Shown in pieces: positions 50,215-63,529 of a stretch of 64,000 nt of DNA. Location of the stretch: assembly GCF_004010195.1 (NCBI RefSeq), contig NC_057749.1, positions 7,939,901 to 8,003,900 of the forward strand. The letters are read 5' to 3'. This stretch comes from Chiloscyllium plagiosum. Its lineage: Eukaryota. The notes below the pieces were generated by a model that was given only the letters and a program-made list of their open reading frames with translations, was not told where the DNA came from and made no database searches. The position numbers and the translations under genes are program-made. The number at the start of each line of letters is the position of its first letter. Position 1 is the stretch's first letter.

Positions 50215-50845
50215 TTGAGTATTGAGTATTGGGGTATTGAGTTTAAGAGCTGGCAGGTCATGTCAAAATTGTACAAGGCGTTGGTTCGGCCACATTTAGA
50301 ATACTGTGTACAGTTCTGGTCGCCACATTACCAAAAGGATTTGGACGCTTTGGAGAGGGTGCAGAGAAGGTTTACGAGGATGTTGCCTGGTATGGAAGGT
50401 GCTAGCTATGAAATGAGGTTGAGTAGGTTAGATTTGTTTACATTAGAGAAAAGAAGATTGAGGGGGGACCTGATTGAGGTCTACAAAATCATGAAGTGTA
50501 TAGACAGGATAGATAAAGATAAGCTTTTTCCTGGGGTGAAGTATTCAATAATGAGAGCTCACACTTTCAAAGTGAGAGGTGAAAAGTTTAAGGGAGTACA
50601 CGCGGCAAGTACTTTACACAGAGGGTGGGAGGTGCCTGGAACATGTTGCCAGCAGAGGTAGTAGAGGCAGGCACGGTAAATTGATTTAAGATGCGTCTGG
50701 ACAGATGCATGAGTAGGTGGGGAGCAGAGGGATACAGATGCTTAGGAATTGGGCAACAGGTTTAGACAGTGGTTTTGGATCGGCTCAGGCTTGGAGGGCC
50801 GAAGGGCCTATTCCTGACCTGTACGTTTTCTTTGTTCTTTGCTCT
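50215..50845 (+). mobile_element. CR1 3' portion nested in an opposite-strand CR1 end (about 50120-50214 and 50846-51050)
   Basis: ORF 50206-50661 LYKALVRPHLEYCVQFWSPHYQKD...RLRGDLIEVYK; the host CR1 tail resumes at tttgacccatattcc. Confidence 0.85.
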
Positions 50846-51347
50846 TTATTTGACCCATATTCCTCTGAACGTTTCCTATTTGTGTATCTATCCAAATGTC
50901 TTTGAAATGTTGTAATTGTACCAGCCTCTACCACCTACCCTGGCAGTTTGTTCCACATATGCAAAGCCCTCTGTGTGAAAAGGTAGCTCCTCAGGTCCCG
51001 ATTAATTCTTTCTCTGCTCACCTTAAACCTAGGTGCTCGAGTTTTGGATTGTGCTTATTTGAGCTAATAGACAGGTTTCCTCTCATCGAAACATATCGTA
51101 GCCTCAGGAGGATATTAAGAAATGGGAAGCATTGGTTGTGCTGTATCAGGCCCACCCAAACAGTCTCTTGGAAATATATCCTGAAACCAATATTGCAAGT
51201 ATGTTAGATGATTGAAGAGAAGCCACTGCCTTTTCTTTTAAATTCGCTTGAAGAGGTTGGTATTCAATTCCCTTGGGAATAGCAAAGGAGAAAAATCATG
51301 AAGGAACTGAAAACTTCCAGTAACTGCAACAATCACTACAACTCACT

Positions 51348-51840
51348 ACTGATTGATTTATTATTGTCACATGTGCCAAGACACAGTGAAAAGTGTTGTT
51401 TTGTGTGCTCTACAGGCAGATCAGACCATATAAAGTGCATCACAGTAATAGAACAGAGTGCAGAATAAACTGTTATATCCGCAGAGAAGGTGTAGAGAGA
51501 GAGATCAGAATTAACATTTGAGAGGTCTATTCAAAAGTCTGATAACACCAGATAAGAAGTTGTTCTTGACTTTATTTGTATGTGTATGCAAATTTTTATA
51601 TCTTCTGCCCGATGGAAGACAGCATAACCGGGGTGGGAGAGGTCTTTGATGATGTTGGTTGCTTTCCCGCAGCAGTGGGAAGTATAGATGGAGTCAATGG
51701 ATAGAAGGCTGGTTTTTGTGATGGACTGGGCTGTGTTCACAGCAATCTGTAGTTTCTTATGGTTTTGGGAACAGCATATGCCAAACGAAGCTGTAATGCA
51801 TCCAGATAGGATGCTTTCTATAGTGCAACTATAAACATTG
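51348..51840 (-). mobile_element. Rex1/Babar-like LINE 3' portion
   Basis: Minus ORF YSCTIESILSGCITASFG...KLQIAVNTAQSI...IIKDLSHPG; (TGAT)n tail. Confidence 0.8.
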
Positions 51841-52620
51841 ATAGGATTGTTAATTGTTAACCTCCACAAAAAACATCCATTAACAATGACCTCAGGTTTT
51901 TGTGTTACAGAGGTTGGAACAAGGAATGAAAACAAAATGAAAGGTCATTGACCTGAAATGTTCATTCTGCTTCTCTCCACAGGTACTGCTACAACTTTCC
52001 AGTTTGTTTTTAATTGTTCTTATGCCTCCAAAGCTGTCAAATTTGCACCATGACGGCTCAGAAGTCATAAAGTGATCAGCATTTAGAGTGAGAAAAGGCA
52101 TCCTATTACACAAAGTAAACACAAACGCTGCTATAACAGGTTTAATCGCTACGAAAATATGGAGTGGATTGATCGATGCAAGGGAAATGCTGCTGTTTAA
52201 AATGCTGCATTTAAAATATTTGCCAATCTGATTAAAGAGATTAGCCTCAATGCTCAATACACATCTTTTCAAGCGTATTTATGGTTCTTATCAGGCTTTT
52301 TAAAATCCTGGCTAACCACAACACTGTTTACCGACAGCCTTAAATGTTTGCTAACGATTGAGAACAAGCATTGCGGCAGAGAATCTTTGAGATCACACTC
52401 TCACTTATTTTGTGAATACATATGGGGGAGGAGGATGGTGGAACAATTTAATCAAGCAATGGCTTGTGGCACACGTTTGATATGACCTTCCTTCATTTTC
52501 CTCACTGCCTCTGTCACCTAGATGTATAGCTTCCCACACATGCAGACTCAATGGAGTGGCATTTCGCATGCGAGATCATGCCACTGCATCAGGAGGGCAT
52601 TTTACTGTCAGACCATTAAA

Positions 52621-52774
52621 GCCAACTCAGCACCGCCTTCCTAACCTGCAATCTTCTTCCCGACCTCTCCGCCCCCACCCCAGTCTGACCTATCACCCTC
52701 ACCTTGACCTCTTTCCACCTATCACATTTCCGACGCCCCTCCCCCAAGTCCCTCCTCCCTATCTTTTATCTTAG
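52621..52774 (+). mobile_element. Pyrimidine-rich PLE 3' UTR fragment
   Basis: ctgacctatcaccctcacc...ccacctatcacatttcc...ttttatct; assignment rests on recalled similarity only. Confidence 0.45.
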
Positions 52775-52904
52775 CCAATTAAACAGGGGGAGCCAGTCAT
52801 TCCCCTCTCACCTGCTCATAACAGTACTTACTTTGGAAACGTTCATTTTGCAGACAAAGTACTCAACTACCTTTCTCTAACACCTAATCCTAAACTTATT
52901 GTTC

Positions 52905-53415
52905 GAGTTAAGTATTGTTTACAATTCTGGTCACCCTGCTATTGGAATAATGTTACTAATCTGGAAATGGTGCAAAGAAAGACTTACTGGAGAGTTTGAA
53001 TAGGCTGGGGCTATTTTCCCTGGAGCGGAGGAGGTTGAGGGGTGACCTTATAGAGGTTTATGAAATCGCCAAGGGCATCAGGATAGGGTGAATAGCCAAG
53101 GGCTTTTTTCCCAGGTTGGGGAGTCCAAAACGACAGGGCATAGGTTTAAAGTGAGAGAGGAACATTGAAAAGGAACCTAAGGGGCACCTTTTTCACACAA
53201 AGGGTGGTGCGTGTTTGATATGAGTGCCAGAGGAAGTGGAGGCTGGTACAATTACAGCATTTAAACGGTATCTGGATGGGTACATGAATAGAAAGTGTTT
53301 AGAGGGATACAGGCCAAATGCTGGCAAGTGGGACTAGATTAATTTAGGATGTCTGGTCAGCACGGATGAGTTGGACCAAAGGGTCTGTTCCTTTCTCTAC
53401 AGCTCTTCGACTCTG
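52905..53415 (+). mobile_element. CR1 3' portion
   Basis: aggttgaggggtgaccttatagaggtttat...ttcacacaaagggtggtgcgtg. Confidence 0.85.
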
Positions 53416-55535
53416 TTTAGATCGATGTAGGTAATGCATAGGCAGGAAAAGGCCTCAATGCTAGTTGTGAATGCAGAAAAACATGAAGGTTTTAGCAATA
53501 TTTTTATTTCACCAGGATTTAGGTGAGAGGTCAAAACAAAAGGTTTTCTTTGAGAATATCAGGGTGGGAACCCAATCACAGATATCAGTACAGGCCTAGT
53601 TACCTTCGACAGATACTCTGCAATGCTCCTTGTGAATGGTAATACCCTTCTGTCTTAAAACTGCAGCTATTAATGTCAGAAAGACTGCGCCAACTGTGCA
53701 ACACTGTTGTTGGGTAGAGGTCAAAGGAGGTGGGCAGAGCTGGACTGCCGTAGTGCTACCACAAGTCGTCCCCTGGTGGAGAAAAAAAAATCTCACGTGT
53801 TCACTTCAGACCTTAGTTAGAATGTTTGTTTTCCATGAAAAGAAATCTCGCAGGCACAAGCAAGTGGCTTGGGCCATCAGTAATCTGTCTATTGTTTTTT
53901 TTTAATAGTTTTGTACCCAGGCTTTTGTTGGGGGCTTCTGGCCTAATGACAGGCTTGATGAAGGAGTAGCCAAGCAATATAAAGCTCAGGGCAATCCTGC
54001 TTTCTGCTCCAGACAGCAGGCTCGTCTAGCTTGTCATTATGTAGCCCAACCCAATTAGGCTACAATAATAGCAATGTATTGAAAGCCAAATGGTGAATAA
54101 TAAATTATGACATTTCAAAATACAAAAAAGAATTAAAAATGTAAATTTGGTGGCCCAGGAGAATGCTGAGCAAAGAGGTGTGATTAGTTTAGGATTACAA
54201 ATCTGACGTACTCTGACAGATGCCATTCTGATTCCGATTCCAAATGACAGCTGTGTTGATAGAGATTAAAGCTAACATTCTGCTTTCCTATGAAAGCAAA
54301 TTAATTGTGACATTTTTATATGTCTTTCATTAAAATTTATCCAGTTGCGATGATAAAGCTATTACACAAGCGGCTTTAGAATTAGCCCAACCTTTTCATG
54401 AATTTGCAGCCTGCCCCAGACCCCAGTGAAAGCCTGACTTGATTCAAAGGACATCAATGAAGTCTGACACATTATCATTGCTCCCACTGCAGGGAGTACC
54501 TGGTAAATAAATATTGATGCCAAGCTTTGCAAAATGGTTGATCTGTGTACAGAAGCCACATATTTTCAGTCACTCACCTAAAACCGATTTCCTTCCATAG
54601 GAACAGGAGGAGGCTATTAAACTCATAAAGTCAGTTCCGCCATTTAACCAGAGCATGAGCGATTGGTATCTTATCTGCCTTGGTTCTGTGACCCTCTCAC
54701 CAAAAACCGATCAAACTCCTTTAACATTTTCAATTGAACTCCCTGCGTCCAGTCAAAAAGGTTTCTGGGAGTGGTCAAAATGGACATTTTCAACAATTCT
54801 GTGTCCAGAGTGTTCCCTAGTATTGCCTGTGAATGATTGAGCTCTAATTAAAAGACTATGCTTTTTTATCCTGTACTCTGCATTCTGCAGAAATAGCTTC
54901 CCTGCGTCTACTTTATCGACTCCTTTAATCAACTGCAACACTGTAATTAAGTCAACCCCTTAACCTGCGAACGCTGAAGGAATGTACGAATTAGGTGCAG
55001 GAGTGGGACTCTTGACCTCTTGACCTTGCTCTGTCATCCAGTAAGATTATTACAATGATCATTAAAACACATTCTTGCCTACCTCCATTAACCTTCCATG
55101 CCTTTTCCCTAAATCAAAAATCTCTAAAAATATTCAAAGACTCTGTTTTTGAGGAAAATAGTTCACAGACTTATGATTCTCTGTCCAGAAAAAAGTCCTC
55201 TTCATTTTTGTCATAAATGGGCAAACCTTTTTTTTCAATAACAGTGACCCCTAACTCTAGATTAGCCTGCATGTGGAAACATCCTTGACATTGTCCAGTC
55301 CCCCTCAGAATCTCCTATGTTTCTTTCAAGTCATCTCCAACTCTTTTAAATTCCACTGGATACAGATTTTACCTCGGTCAAAAATTCCAGAAATATTTGA
55401 AATGGAGTACTTACCAACAACCTCCTTGAAAAGCATTTTAGCTTTTAAAGTTCAATAACAGCCAAGATGAGTGTATGAGTGTTCAAAGGTCCAGTGACCT
55501 TGACTGTTACCAACTTTGGCTGTAAATTCCTGGGC

Positions 55536-55735
55536 GAAAGTGAGGACTGCAAGTGCTGGAGATCAGAGTTGAGAATGTGGTGCTGGAAAAGCACAGCAGG
55601 TCAGGCAGCATCCAAGGAACAGGAGAATCAACATTTTGGGGATAAGCTCTCCATCAGAAATCCTGCTCCTCATCGATTCTCCTGCTCCTCGAATGTTGCC
55701 TCACTTGCTGTGCTTTTCCAGCACCACACTCCCGA
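55536..55735. mobile_element. PLE fold-back element with 16-bp imperfect TSD
   Basis: ctgtaaattcctgggc at 55520-55535 versus ctataaatttctgggc at 55736-55751; mirrored arms. Confidence 0.8.
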
Positions 55736-55749
55736 CTATAAATTTCTGG

Positions 55750-56095
55750 GCTCAGTGGCTAGCATTGAGTAGTGGTACTGCCTCACAGTACCAGGGATTT
55801 GGGTTCGATTCCAGCCTTGGGCCATTGTCTGTGTGGAGTTTGCACATTCTCCCTGTGTCTGTGTGGGTTTCCTCCAGACCTTCTGGTTTCCTCCCATAGT
55901 CCAAAGATGTGCACATTAGGTAGATTGGCCAGGCTAAATTGCCCCATAATGTCCAGAGATGTGCAGGCTAGGTAGATTAGCCATAGGCAATTCAGGGTTA
56001 AAGGCATAGCAGTAGGTCTGGATAGGCTGATGTTCGGAGGGTCAGCGTGGACTCTATGGGCTGAATGGCCTGCTTCCACACTGACAGGATTCTAT
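55750..56095 (+). mobile_element. HE1-type SINE
   Basis: ggctcagtggctagca...gggttcgattccagcc...tgtgtggagtttgcacattctcc...cttccacactgacaggattcta. Confidence 0.88.
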
Positions 56096-56934
56096 AAACA
56101 TTTAGAATTAGTTGGACACGTCTGTTCTCCCAAGTGTTGTAGAATCAATCTGATAATTTTATTGAGCTGCCAGTATTCAGTGGTAAATAAGAGGACAGAT
56201 GCCACGTTCCTGTTCAACAGTCTTCACTCAGTTTTCTGCCAATTTCCCAAGATTTCCATATACGTACGAAGAAACGACTAGAAGGGGTCTGATGCTTTTC
56301 AAACACTCTTATTAGTCTCTGTCAGCACTTTCCCGTCAGCTGTTATTTGGCCTCAAGGGTAAGTGAAGCTTTATGCTGGGTCTAAATCTATGTTATTGCT
56401 GTTGTACATTATTTGATTTAGTTTCAATAATTATTTTCTTTTTGTTTGCCATGTCAGCCTTTTTGAAGTAAATGTAATAATTTTTTATGAGAGCAATTAT
56501 ACTTCCAACTTGTGTCATGGCAAAGTACAGTCAGGTTTGAAACTCATAGATTGAATTTCAGTTCCAGGGTCCTGACACTAGTGCCTAACTGGATTCTAGG
56601 TGTGGAGATAAGTTGTGGTTGCAAGTGGACCCTGGAGGGGATTTTGTGCACGTTGGTTATCTCGGAGAGCCCCATCCCATTCAGGATGATGGTTTGGCTC
56701 TCAGTCTAGAGGACTACTGACAGCATCTTGGTGGCAAAGATGGGGGCACTGCTGCTGTACATAGGAGACCACAAGGGGGCACCTCAAGATGGCTGTGCCT
56801 TCTGGAAGACCAACAAATAGCACAAAATATAGCCAGGGCACAGTTGCCATGCCAACATAGTGAAAGAAGAACTCTTGCACAGGATGGTCTGTGATCATGA
56901 CTGTGATCTTTGCAGCTCTCTGTTGCCCAGAAGT

Positions 56935-57290
56935 TTGTTTATTATTCATTCACAGGATGAGGGTGCATTTATTGGGCCAGCAATTATTGCCTATCTGTAA
57001 TTGCTCAGAGGGAAGTTAGAAGTCAACCACATTGATATGGGTCTGGAGTCACGTGTCAGCCAGAGCGGGTAAGGATGGCAGTTTCCTTCCCTAAAGGACA
57101 TCAGTGAACCAGATGGGTTTCTCCAACAATGAATAATGGATTCGTGGTCATCATTAGATTCTTAATTTTTATTGAATGCAAACTCCACCATCTGCTGAGG
57201 CAGGATTCAAATCTGGGTCCCCAGAACATTCCCTGGGCCTACGGATTAATTGTTCAGAGATAATACCAGTAAACCTCTGCCTCCCCTTGC
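56935..57290 (-). mobile_element. SINE/L2-tail-like repeat (related copies near 44020-44300, 33210-33410 and 11480-11750)
   Basis: Shared ggcagtttccttccctaaaggacat..gtgaaccagatgg and attgaat.caaa.tccacca.ctgc segments. Confidence 0.6.
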
Positions 57291-58099
57291 TTTCAGAAGT
57301 CCATCACCGTTTCATCCATGGGATCCCAAAACGCTGCTGGTCAGCTGGCTCTGAATTGGCATCTTAGTTGGTTGATGTGGGTACAAATCTTAGAAGCCAC
57401 CACCTGGAAATCGGGCACTGGTGACAGACAGGCTCACTTGTTGGTGTTATATTCCTTCCAGACATGAATGCACCACTCACACACAAGGTTCGGTGAGACA
57501 ATAAACTGAATGCTCCATTTTAAGATATTATTGAATACAGTTAGTCATCACTGGGAATTATGGATATTACCTCTGACCTCTGCCACTGTTGCCTCAGAGT
57601 GCCTTGCAAATCATGAGAATGTTTCTTGTAGAATGTCATGTTTCAAGTGAGCTAATGGTAAATTGGAGAATGAGATCTTGATCCCCTCAGATTACATGCA
57701 ATGATATCATGGTGTCTCTCTTAAAGACACACTGACCATGAGATAAGATGCTGCAGAACAAACCCAGCTAATCTTCTTTGAAACAACTCTTTGAAAATCA
57801 AGAATTTGTCAGAGTTGCAAAGTCAGTAATGCATAAACTCTCAACTGAACGACTTAAAACATGTAGAAATTAAAAACTGGAAACATATAGCTGTTGAGAA
57901 TTATCGGATGATGAAAACAGCTATTTGTCAAGTGCAAGCACTTTATTTCAAAGGAAGCTAAGCGGTGGAACAGTTTAAGGTGTGAATTCCACAGTGGAGG
58001 GGTTAGAAGGTGGAAAGCAAGCCATTAGTTAAGGGCCAAATAGCCTTGCCTGGTAATTCAGAAAAATGAATCCAGATCATACAAAAACCTTTTCATAAA

Positions 58100-58228
58100 G
58101 GAAGACAGAAAACATGCTGGGAAGACTCAGCATGTCAGGTAGCAACTGTGAATAGAGGGAAAAAGTTAACATTTTCAGTTGATGCTTTTCCATCAGATAG
58201 AATATTAACACCACACATTAATTTTCCA

Positions 58229-58260
<32 letters not shown>

Positions 58261-58335
58261 CTGCCTGGCCTGTCTAGAGCTTTCAGCGTTATCTGTTTCA
58301 GTTCACATTTCCAGCCCCGCTCCTGTTTTATGCAT
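58100..58335. mobile_element. Old PLE-type fold-back with an internal (CT)n microsatellite at about 58229-58251
   Basis: atgctgggaagactcagc...ttccatcaga in one arm and ctccatggaagctgcctggcctg...tttcagc in the other. Confidence 0.5.
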
Positions 58336-59719
58336 TTCGATCTGACTCCACGATGTGATTGCCTGTTCTCTCTGACTGATAACATCCCAATGTGAAATTG
58401 TGTCAGTGAGGAAGACAGGCATTGATTACAGGAGCCTCTGAACAAAACCAAATTCCTGCCTGAAATGATAGCCTGAATTCTATCCTTTTTGACATCACAG
58501 AGATTTGTCCTCTCCTGATAGCATATAATATATTGGAAAACTTTGTTACATCTAGACAGCTGCGAGAGCCAAATAATTTCTGAGCATGTATGCAGCCCTT
58601 TCTAGGTCAGTTTTGGGCCATTAAGTACAGGCCAAAGAAATATCGCACACTGCAGTTCATCTGCAGCCAGCTTTGACTCGGTGCCAAATTAGTTGTAATG
58701 GGGTGGCAACGTCACCATAGGATGAAGATCACAAGATTACTGAAATAAAATATGTGGGAGATATGTTCATAAACAGAGGTGATGACAAGAGACCTAGGTG
58801 CCATTTTGGAATGGCGGTATCGAAATTTGCAAATCAAACACAGCAATAAAGGGAGACATTGACTGGAGGGGTTTGACAAATGATTTATATTCCCAAAGTG
58901 ACCTGACGCGATTGTTCATGGGCGACAAAAAACTCCTGAGTGAGCTACAATCAAAGCTATGATTGGAAACATAAATCATACCACTCCCTCGAGCTTTCCT
59001 CACTTTGCCCACTTTCTCGTTTGACTTCTAGATAACCCCTGAGCTGTGTATCAATAGCCAGTCAAGACGTTAGAGAGGTGACCTTTCCCCATCCCAATCC
59101 CTAAAAGTTTGGAATGCTCAAATTTTCCTTGGATTTGCTTGTCCTTTCTTTCTCAATCTTTCCTTTAATAACCAGACTGAGATTGAAAACTTCCCATTTT
59201 GCTTTAATTTGCATTTCACTATTTTATTAATTAATCTATCTTGTGCCTCTAATGCTCAGTTAAGCACTTGAATAGGAAGAGAAAGCTATTTTGCAATAAG
59301 GTTTGTTAATGATTTATTAATTTTAATGTACACAATTCAGAGGTGAGAGTTTTTTTTTTCTTGTTCATGCTCTGTTCATTCCATTGAATTATTCACCTTT
59401 CAAGAAAGGAAAATGAATTGTTCCGGGGCTGGTTTTAAAATATTGAATGTGGAAAGAACTCACTACTTTAAGGGTGAGCAGATACAATCATAATTGTGTG
59501 AGGTACCTGTGATTAAAGCTCTTGAGTGTTTAGACCCAGTTGGGGAAGGTGATCCTGGTCAGTAGGTCAGCACAAAGGAAGAAGCCGCTGACATTTTGAA
59601 GAAGATTTGAGATGGCATTCATGACAATTGTAGATCCTAATCTCAACGCATCACTTGGACCATTCAATACACGCTGACACTATTGTGCATTATTGAGAGA
59701 TTGCTGTATCGTCACTCAC

Positions 59720-60350
59720 TTTATCTATGCCCTTCATGATTCTATAAACCTTGAAAAAAATCACCCCTCAACCTGCTATGCTTCAGCGAAAAAAGTCCCG
59801 GTCTTTCCGTCTATTTTTATATCTCAAGCACTCCATTCCCAGCATCATCCCAGTAAATCTTTTTCTGAATCCTCTCCAGTTTAGTAATACTTATACTTCC
59901 TAAAGCAGGGCAACCAGAACTGGACACAGTACTGCAGAAGAGGCCTCACCAATGTCCTGCACAACCTCAGCATGATTTCATAACTCCTATACTCAAAGGT
60001 CTGAGCCATGAAGACTAAACACCATCTTAACAACCCTGTCTACTGTGACACAAATTTCAAAGAATTATATACTCTCTCTGTTCTGCAACTCTACCCAGGA
60101 CCCTACTATTAATTGTATCAGACCTGTCCTTGTTTGTAATACCAAAATTCAATTCCTCACATTTATCCAAAATGAACTGCATCTGCTACTCCTCAGCCCA
60201 TTGACTCAATTGATCTTTGCAATCTTAGATAACCTTCTTCACTATCCACGCCACCACCAATTTTGGTGTCATCTGCAAACTCACTAACTATGCCTCCTAT
60301 ATTCTCATCCAAATCACTGAGATAAACGACAAGCAAAAGTGGACTCAGTA
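59720..60350 (-). mobile_element. CR1 RT fragment
   Basis: ccagaactggacacagtact...ggcctcaccaatgtcctg; gtgtcatctgcaaac (FADDT on the minus strand). Confidence 0.8.
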
Positions 60351-60933
60351 GAGAAAAATAGGAAGCAGTCTCTCGGAAGGTGAAATTGGCGGCAGGTTTA
60401 GGACGAGGTAGGAATTAGTCTGTGTAGATGAAGACACAGACATCTGGTATGGAAGTTAATGGCAAAGTCAGCCAGTTACTGCAGCAGTATGTCTAAAGGA
60501 ACTGTGCTGACAGACAAGGTGTTACAATGGGTATGGAGCAGTACATGCTGCTACATTGTCAGCAGGATGTAAATTAGTTGAGTCGTGTATGACTGCAGTT
60601 ATTCATGTCGATTTCACTGTGAAAATTTGGTGAATTAAATATTAGAAATCAGCACATGAGCACCTCATTAACCCAAACCTTGTCTTACTGACAGTGTACT
60701 TTCTTGTGGTCTGCGGAGGTGTCAAGGATCAGAGGTCCTCGTGTGTTATTAAGTGATTACTCAGCATGATATCAACAGTGGTTGCATGGTTGCAGTATAG
60801 AACACTGCCCATCTGTGCACAGATTTGGTCTCGAAGGAATATTGTTGCCCATTAGAAAATACAGAGGTGAGTGACATTTGATAATTCCAGATCATGGGAG
60901 CTTGCAGCAGAAGGAAAGAATAAGCCAGTTATT

Positions 60934-61530
60934 AGAGTCATAGAGTCATAGAGATGTACAGGATGGAAACAGACCCTTCGGTCCAACCCGTCCATGCCAA
61001 CCAGATATCCCAACCCAATCTAGTCCCACCTGCCAGCATCCAGCCCATATCCCACCAAACCCTTCCAATTCATATACCCATCCAAATGCCTCTTAAATGT
61101 TGCTTCATCTGGCAGCTCATTCCATACATGTATTACCCTTTGTGTGAAAACGTTGCCCCTTAGTTCTCTTTTATATCTTTCCCCTCTCACCTTATGCCCT
61201 CTAGTTNNNNNNNNNNNNNNNNNNNNNNNNNNNNNNNNNNNNNNNNNNNNNNNNNNNNNNNNNNNNNNNNNNNNNNNNNNNNNNNNNNNNNNNNNNNNNN
61301 NNNNNNNNNNNNNNNNNNNNNNNNNNNNNNNNNNNACGTGCAAACTCCACACAGTCAGTCGCCTGAGGCGGGAATTGAACCCGGGTCTCTGGCGCTGTGA
61401 GGCAGCAGTGCTAACCACTGTGCCACCGTGCCGCCCACATGGTTTTCTGAACCCTTTCAAGTTTCACAACATCTTTCCAATAGGAAGGAGACCAGAATTG
61501 CACGCAATATTCCAACTGTGGCCTAACCAC
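60934..61530 (-). mobile_element. CR1/HER1 3' portion across a gap, with a nested well-preserved HE1 head (61336-61434, minus)
   Basis: (AGAGTCAT)n tail; FTQRVIHVWNELP; RPQLEYCVQFWSP; minus strand ggcggcacggtggcacagtggttagcactgctgcctcacagcgccag. Confidence 0.85.
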
Positions 61531-61904
61531 TAGTTGCATCTCTTTTTGAAAAGTGGAGACATTTTCAAGATGGCAGAGGGAGAAAACGATTCGGGGAAAT
61601 TGATTATCAGAGGTGATGGTTTCAATTGCTAAGGTCACAAGTTCCACATGGAAAATGACAAAAAGACCTTGTGATGTTGCATCCATGGAGAGACAGCAAG
61701 CTAACGTTTCGAGCTGAGATAACTCTTCATCTCTGATTTGTTACTTATTCATGGGATGACGGGAGGCCAGCATTTATTGCACATCCCTAGTTGCTCTTGA
61801 GAAGGTGGTAGCGAGCTGTCTTCTTAAATCGCTGCAGTGCACTTGCTGTGGGTTGACACACAATGCCGGTAGGGAGGGAATTCCAGGAGTTTGAGCTGAC
61901 AACA

Positions 61905-62565
61905 TGAAGGAACAGCGACATCGGACTAAGCCCCACTCTCTGCAAGTGGATCCTTAGTTTTCTGACCCACAGGCCACAAACAGTGAAGATTGGGGACAAT
62001 ATTTCACCCTCACTAATACTCAACACTGGAGCCACCCAGGGCTGCGTAGTCAGCCCCCTACTGTACTCACTGTGTACCCATGACTGCGTCGCCAAATACC
62101 AGACTAATGCCATTTACAAGTTCGCTGATGACACCACTATAATTAGTCGAGTCTCAGATGGTGAAAAAACAGACTTCAGATGGGAGGTGGAAGACTTGGA
62201 AAATGGTGCACTGAGAACAACCTAGATCTCAATGCCAGCAAAACGAAGGAACTCATTATTGACTTTCGGCAGGATGTTATTCATGCCCCCTCCACCTTAC
62301 ACATTAACAGCACAGAGGTGGAACGAGTGGGGAGTGTCAAGCTGCTGGGAGTGGTCATCCACAACAAGCTTTCTTGGACTCTTCATGTGGATGGACTGGT
62401 TACAAAGGCCCAACAACATCCCTTCTTCCTCAGGCAGCTGAAAAAATTTGGCATGATGGCGAATACCCTTGCCAACTTTTATAGGTGTACCAGCAAGAGC
62501 ATTCTGTCTGAAAGTGTCACAACCTGGTACAGCAACTGTACCATTCAAGATCAGAGATGGTTACT
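61905..62565 (+). mobile_element. Rex1/Babar-like LINE RT fragment
   Basis: LNTGATQGCVVSPLLYSLCTHDCVA..IYKFADDTTII; LNASKTKELIIDFR; AQQHPFFLRQLKKFG; NFYRCT. Confidence 0.85.
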
Positions 62566-62815
62566 GATGATGGAGAGTAGACTGATTGGGTTGTAATTGG
62601 CCAGGTTGGATTTGTTCTGATTTTTGTGTACAGGACATACCTGGGCAATCTTCCAAATTGTCGGGTACATGCCAGTGTTGTAACTGTACTGGAAGAGCTT
62701 GGTGAGGGAAGCAGCATGTTCTGGAGCACAAGTCTTAAGTACTATTGCCGGAATGTTCTCAGGGCCTATTGCCTTTGCAATATCCAGTGCCTCCAGCTGT
62801 TTCTTGATATCCCAT
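62560..62815 (-). mobile_element. Non-LTR RT N-terminal fragment (CR1/L2 group)
   Basis: Minus ORF KAIGPENIPAIVLKTCAPE..WKIAQVCPVHK..NYNPISLLSIIS. Confidence 0.8.
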
Positions 62816-63410
62816 ATAGCAGTATAACTAGGCCTCTTGTGGTGCAATGCTAATATCTCTTCCTCTGAGCCATTATAACATCACTGTACAAATTGATTAG
62901 CAATAACCTAGCATCCATTGCTTCCTCGATCCTAAAATCCTATTCAGCCAAATTCTCACGACCTGCTCTTCCAGAAACTTACAGGCCCTTTCTGAAGAAT
63001 CAGCTTAGACCACATAGCAGCTATGACCTAATGGAGGGTTTGGGGTCTGAATGGTACACTTCTTTTCCTATGTTTCTATATCAATTAATACAAACACTGT
63101 CATGTTCTGTCCTCACAATCTGTGTCAAACATTCAATAATGACTTTTACTTCTTACCATGCATTGAGAATGGCTACGGTATTGAAAGTGAGATGTACATC
63201 ATAATGTAACAATGACATCAACAGTCGCTTGCAAAACACTGAAGAAAGGAGGGTGAAATAATTCGACAAAGGCCAGTGTCCTGTCTACAAGTTACCCTTT
63301 ATTAACACATGCGTAGGACATGATACCGACACAGCTACTTCAGAGCTGGCTCCTGAAGTGAGCAGAACCTGGATGTACATTTGCTCGCTGAGCTGGAAGG
63401 TTTGTTTTTA

Positions 63411-63444
63411 GATGTTTCGTCACCATACTAGGTGACATCATCAG
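63411..63444 (-). ncRNA. Hammerhead core (6-bp stem II family)
   Basis: Minus strand reads CTGATGA-T-GTCACC-TAGTAT-GGTGAC-GAAA-CA-TC. Confidence 0.72.
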
Positions 63445-63529
63445 TGAACCTCTGGCTGAAGCGTTGGTCGCATGGCCCGCTTTCTATTTATGTGTTTAGG
63501 TTTCCTTGGGTTGGTGATGTAATTTCCTG

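Noticed and set aside
51935..51970. Further hammerhead-like remnants (aggtcattgacctgaaa here; also near 15385, 21309, 32803, 46068 and 61705)
   Set aside because: A stem II hairpin is visible but CUGANGA and/or GAAA is broken; treated as old PLE remnants and not counted as ribozymes
61336..61434. tRNA gene
   Set aside because: The A/B-box head runs directly into the HE1 body, so it is a SINE head; the same applies to 4063 and 55750
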